This document shows positions 9,706 to 20,163 of a stretch of DNA of 64,000 bases, one piece after another. The notes beneath the pieces were generated by a model that saw nothing but the letters and a program-made list of their open reading frames with translations, searched no databases and was not told the DNA's origin. How positions within the stretch are numbered: the first letter of the stretch is position 1; every line of letters begins with the position of its first letter. The translations under genes were made by a program, and so were the position numbers. Source of the DNA: Candidatus Latescibacterota bacterium (GTDB lineage: Bacteria; Latescibacterota; UBA2968; UBA8231); assembly GCA_965197905.1 (NCBI GenBank), contig CBDAOB010000002.1, positions 128,001-192,000 of the forward strand. The letters run 5' to 3'.

Positions 9706-11034
9706 ATGGCCAAACAGGCAGCATCCAGAAGAGCAGTTGGGGTACGCAAAGTCGAGCTCAGCGACCATCGCCACATTGTCGTTCACCGAGACGAGGAGAT
9801 GTACCTCTATGCCACCAACCGGGGCGGCATCTGGAACTTCGGTGACGGTGAGATCGCCGTGGCTTACCTGGCGGTGCCCATGGGCCACGACGTCATGGAG
9901 GGAGGGAAGCGGCACTGCGGCGGCCCCCGCAGCACATGGGGTCATCACGAGCGCTGGGGGGGCGAATCGGGCGTCATCATCAGCCGCTCGTTCGACAGCG
10001 GTGAGACGTGGCGGGACGAGGAGCGTCAATGGATCTGGAACAACGACCGCACGACCGATGAGATTCTCGACTGGCTGCGGCCGCGACCCCGTTCGGAGCG
10101 CGAGGAGATCGATCTGGGAGAGAGGAACTCCATTATCCACTTCTGCCACGGGACCTATCTCAAACCTCCCATCGGCGGCGTCGGACGAGAGGACGACCAC
10201 TTCGACCTGGGTCACCGGCAACACCGGCCGACGCTCTCGCTGCGCAGCAGGGATCGCGGACGCACGTGGGAGAAGTATGCGACCCTCATCGACAACCCAT
10301 CCTGGGCCCCTGACGGCGGGTACCTGGGAACGAACCTAGGATACGTGCGCTTCGACAACGGTGTTCTCGGCCACACCGGCGCCATCTACTGGCGGCACGC
10401 CCAGTTATTTTACGTCAGCTACGACAACGGCATATCCTGGGAGTACTGCAGCGAGGTGGCCAGAGTCAGCAGCCACCTCACCCGTTCCGCACCCGGCGAG
10501 GAAGGTGTCGGGTACAACTACTCCGGTGTGCACAGGCTGCCGGACGGGCGGCTGATGGTATCCATGCACAAGCATCCTCCGGAAATGCCTTGTGTCGCTT
10601 TTTCCGAGGATGACGGCATGACCTGGTCGCAACCCCGCTTCGTGACCAGCCCGGGCAATCACTGGGGCAACATGCGCGATCCCGAGCCCGAGCGTCCGCT
10701 GAGCGATCCGGTTCGTGCCAACCGACGCCGCTGCCCGTCGGCCCTGGTGACTCGGGACGGCCGCATCGTCATTCTGTTCGCGCGGCGTACCGCCAGCTTG
10801 GGCAACCGCGGCATCATGGGCGTAGTGAGCGAGGATCTGGGAGAGACGTGGAGCGAGGAATTCGTCGTGCGGGGCGACGCCTACGGCTGGGACATGGGCT
10901 ATCAGGTACTCACCGAGCTCAACGATGGCCGCATATTCACCGCCTACTGGTTCGGCGCCAAGGACCAGGACGAGCCGATCGAGGAGAGCCAGGTCGTGCG
11001 CCACATCGCCGGCACGTTCTTCAGACTGGACTGA
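9706..11034 (+). CDS. BNR/Asp-box beta-propeller (sialidase-fold) protein
   Basis: Five Asp boxes (SFDSGETW, SRDRGRTW, SYDNGISW, SEDDGMTW, SEDLGETW); no signal peptide. Confidence 0.88.
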   Translation: MAKQAASRRAVGVRKVELSDHRHIVVHRDEEMYLYATNRGGIWNFGDGEIAVAYLAVPMGHDVMEGGKRHCGGPRSTWGHHERWGGESGVIISRSFDSGETWRDEERQWIWNNDRTTDEILDWLRPRPRSEREEIDLGERNSIIHFCHGTYLKPPIGGVGREDDHFDLGHRQHRPTLSLRSRDRGRTWEKYATLIDNPSWAPDGGYLGTNLGYVRFDNGVLGHTGAIYWRHAQLFYVSYDNGISWEYCSEVARVSSHLTRSAPGEEGVGYNYSGVHRLPDGRLMVSMHKHPPEMPCVAFSEDDGMTWSQPRFVTSPGNHWGNMRDPEPERPLSDPVRANRRRCPSALVTRDGRIVILFARRTASLGNRGIMGVVSEDLGETWSEEFVVRGDAYGWDMGYQVLTELNDGRIFTAYWFGAKDQDEPIEESQVVRHIAGTFFRLD

Positions 11035-11053
11035 GGTGAGCCTCTAAAAACTT

Positions 11054-11935
11054 CTAGCGCACGAGCTCTCCGAAGAGCTCCGGCCGACGCGTTCGCAGGG
11101 TGTAGTTCGGGAGGCTGCGAGCCTTCGACAGCAGGCTCGTATCGAGGTCATCGACGATCATCTCATCGCGGATGCGCTCAAGCTGGGCGTGTTTCAGTAA
11201 CGCGCCACTGGGCGCTATGATGAGAGCTCCGCCGGGATGGTGTGGCTGGTTCTGATGGTCTCTTGGCAGGGAGTCAACGTATCCGGCTCGACCCGCCTGA
11301 TCGGCAAAGACGCAGAAACAGGCAGTCTCGCGGGCGCGCATGCGATAGCTGCTGGTGAAAAAATCGAACACTCTTTCCCGTGCAGCCGCCTCCGATTCGG
11401 GCGTGTCGTCCCAGTGTGCCTCACGGGCGGCGTGAGGCATCAGAATGACATCCGCGCCTTTCAATGCCGCGACCCGAGCGATTTCCGGGAACTGGTTATC
11501 GTAACAGATCACGATGCCGACCTTGCATTTGCCGACGTCGAAAACAGATATCTCCCGACCGCCTTTATAGAAAAACCCTTCGTCGCGCGACATATGCAGC
11601 TTGCGCTGCTTGCCGATATATCCGTCAGGTCCCAGGAGGACCATCGTGTTGTAGACGATGTCGGCTTCTTTCTCGCTCATGCCTGCGCATAGGAAAAGGC
11701 GGAATTGCCGGGCAAGATCCGCCAGTCGAGCGGTGCTCGGGCCCTCGGGTACAGGCTCGGCAAGTTCCCAGGTGTTTGGTGTGCAATGACCGTGCACGAT
11801 TAGCTCTGGAAAAAGGATCAACTCGGCGTTCTCACTCGCCGCCTGCTCGCAGAAATCGGCTATCCGAGCCAGTACCTGATCTTGCTTGTTGAACTCGCCG
11901 TTCATGCTGACGGCGGCAACACGTATCGTCTGCAT
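11054..11935 (-). CDS. Carbon-nitrogen hydrolase (nitrilase superfamily)
   Basis: Catalytic triad contexts FPEL, RKLH and ICYD. Confidence 0.92.
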   Translation of the reverse strand: MQTIRVAAVSMNGEFNKQDQVLARIADFCEQAASENAELILFPELIVHGHCTPNTWELAEPVPEGPSTARLADLARQFRLFLCAGMSEKEADIVYNTMVLLGPDGYIGKQRKLHMSRDEGFFYKGGREISVFDVGKCKVGIVICYDNQFPEIARVAALKGADVILMPHAAREAHWDDTPESEAAARERVFDFFTSSYRMRARETACFCVFADQAGRAGYVDSLPRDHQNQPHHPGGALIIAPSGALLKHAQLERIRDEMIVDDLDTSLLSKARSLPNYTLRTRRPELFGELVR

Positions 11936-12035
11936 TGTCCAGTCCTTGCCTTTCTCGAGACCAGTTGAGCTGGCAATCGAACGGTTCTGTACTGTGCATG
12001 TCTCCAGAGCTGATCCGAGCTTCTGGCGCAGGCAG

Positions 12036-12104
12036 GATAAACGCCTTGATCGATAGTTCGGTCAAGGGAGAGCTTGACCCCACCTCCCATAACGCGGTGT
12101 ATTT
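12036..12104. promoter_or_regulatory. Back-to-back divergent promoters between the two C-N hydrolase genes
   Basis: Inverted repeat GGTCAAG-ggagag-CTTGACC (12060-12079); each arm starts a TTGACC...T-rich element at the shared spacing. Confidence 0.6.
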
Positions 12105-12142
12105 GACCAAACACCCGGCTAAGAGACGGAGAACGGACGCGC

Positions 12143-13015
12143 ATGAAACTCAAAGTGGCCACGTGCCAATTCCCGTTGGAAGCGAACCTCGAACACAATC
12201 TCGGTTTCGTGCTGCGGCAGATGAAATCGGCCAAAAGGCGGGGCGCCCATGTGGCGCATTTTTCCGAGACGTCTCTGCCCGGCTACGCCGGAGTCGACAT
12301 CAAGTCCATGGTGCGCTTTGACTGGAATCGACTGCATGAAGCCCACCTGCAGGTGGCAGAGCTTGCCCGGGAGTTGAAACTGTGGGTGGTCGTCGGCTCA
12401 GCACACCGTTTGTCCGGCCGTCACAAACCGCACAACAGCCTCTACATCATCAACGACCAAGGCCGTCTGGTCGAGCGCTACGACAAGATGTTCTGCGTCG
12501 GTGCCCACAGGGGTATAACCAATGATCTGCAACACTACACGCCCGGCTCGCATTTTTGTGTATTCGAGATCAGGGGAGTGCGGTGTGGAGCGCAGATCTG
12601 CCACGATTTTCGCTATGGCGAGCTATATCGCCAGTACAAGAAGCGCGGCGTCGAATTGATGTTTCACTCTTTCCACAATGCGCGCATGTCGGCGGCCAGG
12701 CTACGGCGCCTGAATATCTGGGGCATCATCGTTCCGGCGAGCATACAGTCTTAGGCGGCCAACAACTATATGTGGATCAGCACCCCCAACAGTTCAAAGT
12801 CGCCCTGTGCCTGGGGCAGTTTCGTCGCGCGCCCCGATGGTGTCATCACGGGGAAACTGAAAAACGCCCGCCCCGGGGTTCTAGTGACCGAAGTCAATAC
12901 GAAAGCAAAATTCTTCGATGCCTCAGAGCATTGGCGCGACCGGGCCATCCAGGGAGTCTACCACAGCGGCGATCTGGTTCGCGATCCGCGCAGTTCACGA
13001 CGCAAAACCTTTTGA
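12143..13015 (+). pseudogene. Carbon-nitrogen hydrolase interrupted by an in-frame TAG
   Basis: HFSE, YDKM and ICHD motifs; ...SIQS-TAG(12752-12754)-AANNYMWIS... continues in frame to TGA at 13015. Confidence 0.85.
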
Positions 13016-13021
13016 CCACAT

Positions 13022-13050
13022 ATCACCGACGCAGCGGTAGCGTCGGCGAT
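13022..13050. terminator. Hairpin between convergent genes, possible terminator
   Basis: ATCACCGACGC-agcggta-GCGTCGGCGAT, an 11-bp stem with one mismatch/wobble; no clear U-tract. Confidence 0.3.
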
Positions 13051-13118
13051 TCGGACCTCGAACACCGCGACGTTCAACGATGCCATAGACACCTTCGATC
13101 ACGACCCGAAGGCAGCGA

Positions 13119-15617
13119 TCAGTGTGGCACGCCCAACCTGTGCATGCGCTTGTGGATCGCTTCCTGCGCCTGCAGGAATGGCCGCTCGAGATACTCCTGA
13201 TGATCGGGTTCCCCGTGGTGATGGGTTGCCGTCCCCACCTCGTGTTGGCGACTGGTGTTGCGGATGTACTCGATACAGCCATCCACGAGAGTCAGCATGT
13301 AGGTCGCCGTCTCCTGGTCGAACATCCACCATTCACCCCCGCAGGCGATATAGACCGGCGAGGTGTGAGCGAAGATGCCGCGCCCCCAACCATCGTAGTG
13401 CGGAATCGACTCGTACCGGGGGCCGGCCACACGGGCGGCAAGCCACGAATGCCCTTCGACCTTCACCTTTGCTTTCAGGTTGAGTTTGCGCGCTCCCGCT
13501 GGCTCTGACGCTTCGGCCACCACCCGTCCCTCCTGCACCACCTGCAGACAGTGAATCGGGAAAATACACTCGGTCTCCGCCTCGACTTCGACCGTGCCGC
13601 CGTTCCCCGGTAGCGCGATTGTATCTCCGATCTCGTTGCCGTCGACGGAGAACTTGAGCATTGGTCCGCCGCTGTGCACGGTGCGGCCGGCCGTCACCGC
13701 TTGGCACCAGGTGTTGTAGTTGAACTCCTCGCCATCGGCGAGCCTGGCGTAGGTACGGTAGATGCCCACCGGCACGTCGCTGGACATCTTGTCGGTGCCG
13801 CCCACCAGCGGCAGCTTGTATCCGCAGTTCAGATAGCGGTAGTACTCGTGATGGTTGAACTCGGCGTGGCGCAACATCTCCACGGCATCGGCGCGGCCCG
13901 TGGCGATCAAAGCCGCGGGTTCGCCATTCGGACTTGGCAGGTGCGGAATCACTACGGTGCCCCCCTGCGCGTGGGTCTGGTCCGCCCAATCGGACATCGT
14001 CACCTCTAGGGTGCCCCCCATCTCCGCTTCGCTCGGGCCGTCGGAACACCACGGCATCACCGGCTCCTTCAACCCCCACAGGATCAGGTGCCCGAGGAAA
14101 TGCTGGCGATTCTCCTGGGAGACATAGACAATGCTCCTGCCGTCGTCGGAGACACTGGGGCCACCGGTGAACTCCTGTTTGTCGGTGAACAGGGTGCCCC
14201 ACTGCGACTGCAGCATATTGACGACGTTGAGGTCTTCCCCGTTGGCTTCGGTGTGGCTGCCTTGCGCCGACAGAAAATGCACGTGTGAGTCACCGCTGTA
14301 CCAACCGTCTTCGGCCATGTGACACCAGCGCTTCAGCCTCAACTCCAGCTCGCGCTGCCCATCGGCGATGCTGAGCTTCTGCCGGATCGGCTCATATTCG
14401 AAGCCACGGGCCAAGTCGACAATCACCTCCCCGCGGGGAAGCCATCCCTGGCAGGTGCCGTCGATGTAGGCGTACGACGCCTGCCCCAGCCGCATATCGC
14501 CGCCGACGTCGAAGTGCCAGGTGCCGTTGTTCGAGTTCACGTGCGCGTGATGGCCGTGGGGCGCATAGGCGACGCCTCTCGGGGAGCGAAAATGAATACG
14601 GCACGGCACCGGTTTTCCCGTGTCGTCGTCGACCACCTTCGTGTGCACCCAGTTGCGCCCGGTGTCGACCACCTCGACCTTGACGCGGGAACCCGACTCC
14701 GCCTTCCCTTTCTCCAGCACCTCACCCCAGTTCACCGCGCCCAGCTTTTCGCCAGAGTGTTTGACCGTCACCGTCGCCGAGGGCGAGGCGGCGATCTCCA
14801 CCTGTGACGGGCTGCTCTTTTCGTTCTGTGGTTCGCCAAAGCCTTTGTGATCGTCGTTGACGAATTCGTCCGCCGTCATCTCGGGCAGCGGATAGGCATA
14901 GGTCGCCACGCCGCGATCAACCTCCACCTCGAGATCGAACGGCTTGTCAGCGTCCTCGGACTTGGGCAGCGTGATGACAACGTCACGCAGACCTTCGCGG
15001 CAGATCGGATCTTCGTCGACGCTGCTCAGGGTGATGCCACCGATCGCCACCACGCGTGCGCCCGGCCGTATCTCGACCGACTCTAGCTGCTGGTCGGGGG
15101 AGGGGTTCTTCCACGGCCACAGCACGAACCACCGAGCCGCCCCGCGCGCCACCTCCATTTGGCGTCGCCCGGCATCGGACCAGCGGCCTTCCCAGCGCGG
15201 CGGCAATGCATCGCCAAAGTCGGGAAAAGCCAGAAACGGTGAGCCGCCATCGGGCGGCACCGTGCAGATCTCGAATCGCTCTCTCAACTTCACGGAGTGG
15301 GATTCGCCACCGCCGAGGTGAAAGACATACTCGCCCACTTCCTCACCTACGGGTCCCCCCTTCGAGATCCGCGACTCCAGCAATCGGTGTGCGAAAATGA
15401 CATGGGTCGCCCTTTGCCAGATAGCGATCGAAACCGGATCTGATCCGTGTCCCGGCCCAACAGCGACCACGCATCCGTCGCTGCTCGCTCCCGATCCTCC
15501 GATGGAGAAAGGCAACCCTTGGAAGGTTTGTTCACCTACCGGAAAATCATCGGCTCCGAAGATGCTGGAGCCGGCATTCCGCACGCCCGCGATGTCGACT
15601 GTAGAGTACGCTGCCAT
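13119..15617 (-). CDS. CehA/McbA-family metallohydrolase (PHP-like domain)
   Basis: 832 aa; ARGFEY, WYSGDSHVH, ENRQHFLGHL, GGTDKM and AHTSPVY motifs. Confidence 0.82.
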   Translation of the reverse strand: MAAYSTVDIAGVRNAGSSIFGADDFPVGEQTFQGLPFSIGGSGASSDGCVVAVGPGHGSDPVSIAIWQRATHVIFAHRLLESRISKGGPVGEEVGEYVFHLGGGESHSVKLRERFEICTVPPDGGSPFLAFPDFGDALPPRWEGRWSDAGRRQMEVARGAARWFVLWPWKNPSPDQQLESVEIRPGARVVAIGGITLSSVDEDPICREGLRDVVITLPKSEDADKPFDLEVEVDRGVATYAYPLPEMTADEFVNDDHKGFGEPQNEKSSPSQVEIAASPSATVTVKHSGEKLGAVNWGEVLEKGKAESGSRVKVEVVDTGRNWVHTKVVDDDTGKPVPCRIHFRSPRGVAYAPHGHHAHVNSNNGTWHFDVGGDMRLGQASYAYIDGTCQGWLPRGEVIVDLARGFEYEPIRQKLSIADGQRELELRLKRWCHMAEDGWYSGDSHVHFLSAQGSHTEANGEDLNVVNMLQSQWGTLFTDKQEFTGGPSVSDDGRSIVYVSQENRQHFLGHLILWGLKEPVMPWCSDGPSEAEMGGTLEVTMSDWADQTHAQGGTVVIPHLPSPNGEPAALIATGRADAVEMLRHAEFNHHEYYRYLNCGYKLPLVGGTDKMSSDVPVGIYRTYARLADGEEFNYNTWCQAVTAGRTVHSGGPMLKFSVDGNEIGDTIALPGNGGTVEVEAETECIFPIHCLQVVQEGRVVAEASEPAGARKLNLKAKVKVEGHSWLAARVAGPRYESIPHYDGWGRGIFAHTSPVYIACGGEWWMFDQETATYMLTLVDGCIEYIRNTSRQHEVGTATHHHGEPDHQEYLERPFLQAQEAIHKRMHRLGVPH

Positions 15618-15729
15618 CTGTTTTTCCCTCCCGGCGACGTCCAGCGCCGGTTTGGTTACATTGTGGGGCTGTTGGTGCGAAGAATATATCTACTAGTGCA
15701 GCCCCCACCAAGCAGGAGCGAGCAAACTG

Positions 15730-17340
15730 ATGAACGAAGCGAGAAAACAGGCGCGCTGGCGCAAACGGCGCATCATCTACAACAACGATGGCGACGACGC
15801 CGTCTTCGCGCGCACCGGGCAAGAGCTCGAACACGACGCCGCTGAGGGTCTGACCGTGCGCACGGAGGGTGAGCTCCTCGATGATTTCCTCAACGCCCGG
15901 AACACGCCTTTGGTAGGGTCGCAGGTGGATAGCAACTGGTATTGCAGCTGTATGGCCGGACTCACTTTTTCGCACCAAACGAAATTGGGCGGCTTCTATG
16001 GCAAGGAGATGCCGCTGGAGCTGATCGAAAAATACGGGCGCGACACCCTGCAGATTCACACCGACTTCAGCCACGAGCACGGCATGGAGGCCTTCTGGTC
16101 GCTGCGCATGAACGACGCCCACGACGCCTACGCCGCGGAACAGCGCCGCTGGGACTACGGTCTGTCGCCGTTCAAGCGCGATCATCCCGAGCTCCTCATG
16201 GGCGAGCCCGGCGACGACAGCGGTTATTGGTCGTCCCTCGACTTTGGTTTCCCCGAGGTTCGGGAGCACGTTTTTTCTAACATTGCCGAGGTGGCGCGAA
16301 ATTACGACGTGGAAGGCATGGAGATGGACTTTTTCCGGCACCACCCGTATTTCCGACCGACACTGGATATGCAACCGGTGGAGCAGCAACATCTTGACAT
16401 GATGAGCGATCTGGTTCGTCGCGTCCGGAAGCTGGCTGACGAAGTGAGCGCGCAGCGAGGACGGCCGTTTCTTTTGGCGGCACGCACGCCGTTCAACACT
16501 GCGGATGCGCGCTTCATCGGCGTCGACCTGGAGCAATGGCTCGAGGAGGAACTCCTCGACTTGCTGATTCCCGGCGGCGGCAGCGAGTCGTCCATGGGAG
16601 ACTCGTTCGCGGAGATCGTAAAGCTGGGCCACCAGCACGACGTACCCGTGTACCCCTGCATCGACTGGGCATTCTGGTGTCACTGGGTTTTCCTAGGCAT
16701 GTCCAAGGGCGAGCACCGGACCCGCGGGGAATGGCTTGAAACCCTGTACGGCGGCCAGCCGGAGCGCCTGGGAAAGCCGTCGTATATCCCGGTGCTCAAC
16801 AACTGGAAAAGCACGAGGGCGGCGTGGCGCGGCGCCGCCATGAACATGTTCAACGCCGGCGCCGACGGTGTCTACATCTTCAATCCCGGGTTGGGTGATC
16901 CGGATGTCTGGTTTGAGATCGGGGATCCCGAAACCATGGCGGGCAAGGACAAGCTCTTTGGCATCGACGAGTTCAGCGACGGCTCGAGCTTCGGGCAGGT
17001 GCGCGAGGTGGAAATACCACGGGGCGAGCCGCTGGGTCTGCGTTTTCAGCTAGGTGAGGATCCGAACTCGAACGGCATTTCGGAGCTGCGTTTTCGCCTG
17101 CACCTGTGGGACGTCACGGACAAAGATAAACTGACGGTCAAGCTGAATGGGGCGGAGATGAACGGTCTGGCCCTGGGCGAAGAGCAGCACGGGACAAGAT
17201 CACGCTGGCTGGAAAGCGAGCTGCAGCCGGAACAGTTCAATAGGGGCGAAAACACAGTCGAACTGTTGCTGGAACGCCGGGACGAAGCGGCGCAAACATC
17301 GCCGGTGCTGGATAGCATTCAACTCTCCGTGCGTTATTGA
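15730..17340 (+). CDS. Glycoside hydrolase-like family 10 (GHL10-type TIM barrel) protein, copy 1
   Basis: RRIIYNNDGDD, FWSLRMND, LDFGFPEVR, EGMEMDFFR and GADGVYIFN motifs; C-terminal beta domain. Confidence 0.7.
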   Translation: MNEARKQARWRKRRIIYNNDGDDAVFARTGQELEHDAAEGLTVRTEGELLDDFLNARNTPLVGSQVDSNWYCSCMAGLTFSHQTKLGGFYGKEMPLELIEKYGRDTLQIHTDFSHEHGMEAFWSLRMNDAHDAYAAEQRRWDYGLSPFKRDHPELLMGEPGDDSGYWSSLDFGFPEVREHVFSNIAEVARNYDVEGMEMDFFRHHPYFRPTLDMQPVEQQHLDMMSDLVRRVRKLADEVSAQRGRPFLLAARTPFNTADARFIGVDLEQWLEEELLDLLIPGGGSESSMGDSFAEIVKLGHQHDVPVYPCIDWAFWCHWVFLGMSKGEHRTRGEWLETLYGGQPERLGKPSYIPVLNNWKSTRAAWRGAAMNMFNAGADGVYIFNPGLGDPDVWFEIGDPETMAGKDKLFGIDEFSDGSSFGQVREVEIPRGEPLGLRFQLGEDPNSNGISELRFRLHLWDVTDKDKLTVKLNGAEMNGLALGEEQHGTRSRWLESELQPEQFNRGENTVELLLERRDEAAQTSPVLDSIQLSVRY

Positions 17341-17351
17341 AAGGCGACGCT

Positions 17352-18821
17352 ATGCAACACACCGACGAGTCGATCGTCTCTGACGAGTTGGTACTCAACT
17401 ACCACCTGATGCATCCCGGCGGCGACAGCGCGCCCGGAGACCCCAACCTCGCCTTCTGCCTGGACGGCACCTACCATCTCCATTACATCCTCCGTCACCC
17501 CTGGCGGGGCGAGTATTCTTACTCATTCGTCCACGTGACCAGCCCGGACATGTTGCACTGGTCATGGCAGCGCACCAAGCTGCAGCCCTCCTTCACCGGT
17601 CACGGAATGTTCAGCGGCACCGGATTCCTTACCAAGGAAGGGCGACCTGCGGCGATCTATTGCGGCGTGTCGGAGCCGGAGCACTCATATATAGCCATCG
17701 CCAGGGACAACAACCTGAGCAGCTGGGAAAAGCCGTACCCGGTGCTGCCGAAGGGGGGTCCCGATGACAAGGATGTTGGTTTACTCGGCGATCCCGATTG
17801 CTTCCGAGTCGGTGACACCTACTACGCGTATTCCGCTTCTGAAAACGTTCCGTTGTGCAAGTCCACCGACCTTGCGAGCTGGACCTACGTGGGGCCCTTC
17901 CTGCAACACGACATGCCCGATGTCACCATCGGCGAGGACATTTCCTGCGCCAACTTCCTTCAGCTCGACGGCAAATGGATGCTTCTGTGCATCAGTCATT
18001 TCGTCGGCTGCCGTTATTACATTGGCGACTGGGATGCTGAGGCGGAGCAGTTCCTTCCGCAGACCCACGGACGCATGAACTGGAGGCGTCCCGGCCAATC
18101 GCTGACGAAACCTTATTACCGCGATTTTTTTGCGCCCGAGAGCGTGCTCACGCCGGACGGTCGCCGCGTGATGTGGGCCTGGCTGCGCACACTCGATCCG
18201 GAGATCACCATGAAGATGGTCCAGTCGCTGCCGCGGGAGCTTAGCCTTCGCGACGACGGCTCCCTGCGGATCGAGCCATTGCGCGAGCTCGAATCGCTCC
18301 GCTACGACCCTCTCACCGTGAACGACGTTGTGCTGGCGCCACCCGACGAAGGGTACGACACCTCCGCAAAGATTGCCAACCTGGACGGCGACGCGTTCGA
18401 GGTGCGGATAACCATCGACCGCGCCGAGGCCGACCGCAAGCGCTTCGGAATTCAGCTGTTTGCCGATGACAACAACGAGGGACTGCAGATCATGATGCGG
18501 CCGGAGACCGGTACCCTCTGCGTCGGCGAAACCGAGGCGCCGTTTGCGGCAACCGATCTCCCGGAGGGGGAGGACCTGGAACTGCGAGTCTTCATCGACA
18601 AGTACTTGGTGGAGGTGTTCGCCAACGGTCGTCAGGCAGCCCTATCCGCCTATATGACGTACCGCGACGGCGGTAGCGAGATGAGAGTATACCTCTTTGG
18701 CCGCCGGCAGGACACGCCGCCGATCAAGATTCGCAGCGTGGAGCTCTGGAAGCTACGCCCCACCAACCAGGGTTTTCTTGAAGCTCGAGAGAACCGTATC
18801 TGGGCCCCCGATATCGACTGA
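17352..18821 (+). CDS. GH32-like five-bladed beta-propeller protein
   Basis: GDPN, FSGTG, GDPD, FAPES, VMWAW, SLPREL and FIDKYLVEVF motifs; ATG at 17352. Confidence 0.82.
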   Translation: MQHTDESIVSDELVLNYHLMHPGGDSAPGDPNLAFCLDGTYHLHYILRHPWRGEYSYSFVHVTSPDMLHWSWQRTKLQPSFTGHGMFSGTGFLTKEGRPAAIYCGVSEPEHSYIAIARDNNLSSWEKPYPVLPKGGPDDKDVGLLGDPDCFRVGDTYYAYSASENVPLCKSTDLASWTYVGPFLQHDMPDVTIGEDISCANFLQLDGKWMLLCISHFVGCRYYIGDWDAEAEQFLPQTHGRMNWRRPGQSLTKPYYRDFFAPESVLTPDGRRVMWAWLRTLDPEITMKMVQSLPRELSLRDDGSLRIEPLRELESLRYDPLTVNDVVLAPPDEGYDTSAKIANLDGDAFEVRITIDRAEADRKRFGIQLFADDNNEGLQIMMRPETGTLCVGETEAPFAATDLPEGEDLELRVFIDKYLVEVFANGRQAALSAYMTYRDGGSEMRVYLFGRRQDTPPIKIRSVELWKLRPTNQGFLEARENRIWAPDID

Positions 18822-18915
18822 GGAGAGCGAGATATCTGATGTCCGCAACGATTGGGTTGTACGCAACGGCACTGGCCTCGTCTGCGAAACATCTCCACAT
18901 CTGAACGAGGACGCC

Positions 18916-19092
18916 ATGCAGATTACGGATCTCAAGGTTCATCTCGTGCAGTCGATTCGCGTGGCGAGATCCCCTCCCCGTGGGTTCTGGATCAGGTGTT
19001 TACGATGAGGGAGTAGTGGGTCTGGGGGACGCGACGAACTGGCCCGGCGGCGCGATCATCTTGAAGAGCATCGAGGAACTCGGCCGCTCTAG
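18916..19092 (+). pseudogene. Mandelate racemase/muconate lactonizing enzyme N-terminal remnant
   Basis: MQITDLKVHLVQ, then PWVLDQVFT and DEGVVGLGDATNWPGG in shifted frames; the rest of the gene is absent. Confidence 0.75.
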
Positions 19093-19131
19093 CGACAACG
19101 CGGTTTTATTTGGCCAAAAGGATCGAAAAGA

Positions 19132-20163
19132 ATGCTTACGTTGAAGGACCTTCCCACCATTCCCACCCAGGTAATTGGCAGCCACGGCATACCCAGCTGG
19201 ATGTGGGTGGTGCGGGACGCAGTTGAACAGGGCAAAATGGGACCGATTGATATCGACGAAGCGCTCAAAGACGGCGTTAAACTTGCTATCATGGACATGG
19301 AGGAAGCCGGCGTCGATATCATCTCGGACGGCGAGATGCAGCGCGCTGATTTCACTTGGAACTTCCACGAATACGTCCGTGGGCTCGAGGTTCAGGAGTC
19401 TCCGCGCAAATGGGGTTACCCGGGCCCCGATATCCTCGAAGCCTTTCGCTGCGTCGACAAACTTGAGGTTCCCAACGGCTACGGCATCGTCGAGGAATGG
19501 AAATACGCCCGTACCCTGACCGACAAACCGCTGCTAGCCCCGTTGCAGAGCCCGGTCACCCAGGCCTTCCGCATGGATCCGGGCGATGTCTACAAGAACA
19601 AGGCTGAGATCGCCTGGGCACTGGTTCCATATATAAATGGAGAGTTGCGCGCGGTGGTGGAGGCTGGTTGTCAATATGTCCAGTTCGACGAGCCGGCCTA
19701 CCGGATCGTGCCCGGCGGTTCCGGCGAGATGGTGGATATCTTCAACGCGTGCGTCGAAGGGATCGACGTAACCATCGGATTCCATCTCTGTTTCGGGAAC
19801 TTTCGCGGCCGTCCCGCCACATCCCATCGCAGCTTTGCCGCGTTTGCGCCGCACTTCAAAGAGATGAACGTGGACGTGATCCACATTGAATTTGCCAATC
19901 GCGGCATGTACGAGGTCGAGCTGTGGAAGGAGCATGGCGGCGACAAGATCCTCTGCGCCGGCGTAATCGACGTCAAAGGAAGGGATCTCGAACCGGTCGA
20001 CGCAGTTGCCGACCGCATCCGCACCTGCTTGAAGTACTGCGACGCCGACAAACTCTGGGTCGCTCCCGACTGCGGATTCAGCCAGACGGTGCGCTGGTTG
20101 GCTGTGGAGAAGATGAAGGTAATGGTGGAGGCTGCAGAGATGGTTCGCAAGGAGGTCTCATGA
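19132..20163 (+). CDS. Cobalamin-independent methionine synthase II family (core, single-barrel) Zn enzyme
   Basis: TQVIGS, GVDIISDGE, QFDEP and Zn ligands HLC, IEF, PDCG. Confidence 0.9.
   Translation: MLTLKDLPTIPTQVIGSHGIPSWMWVVRDAVEQGKMGPIDIDEALKDGVKLAIMDMEEAGVDIISDGEMQRADFTWNFHEYVRGLEVQESPRKWGYPGPDILEAFRCVDKLEVPNGYGIVEEWKYARTLTDKPLLAPLQSPVTQAFRMDPGDVYKNKAEIAWALVPYINGELRAVVEAGCQYVQFDEPAYRIVPGGSGEMVDIFNACVEGIDVTIGFHLCFGNFRGRPATSHRSFAAFAPHFKEMNVDVIHIEFANRGMYEVELWKEHGGDKILCAGVIDVKGRDLEPVDAVADRIRTCLKYCDADKLWVAPDCGFSQTVRWLAVEKMKVMVEAAEMVRKEVS

Noticed and set aside
19923..20159. N-terminal extension of the 427-aa ORF overlapping the MetE-like gene
   Set aside because: Shadow frame; the RBS and ATGA overlap place the start at 20160.
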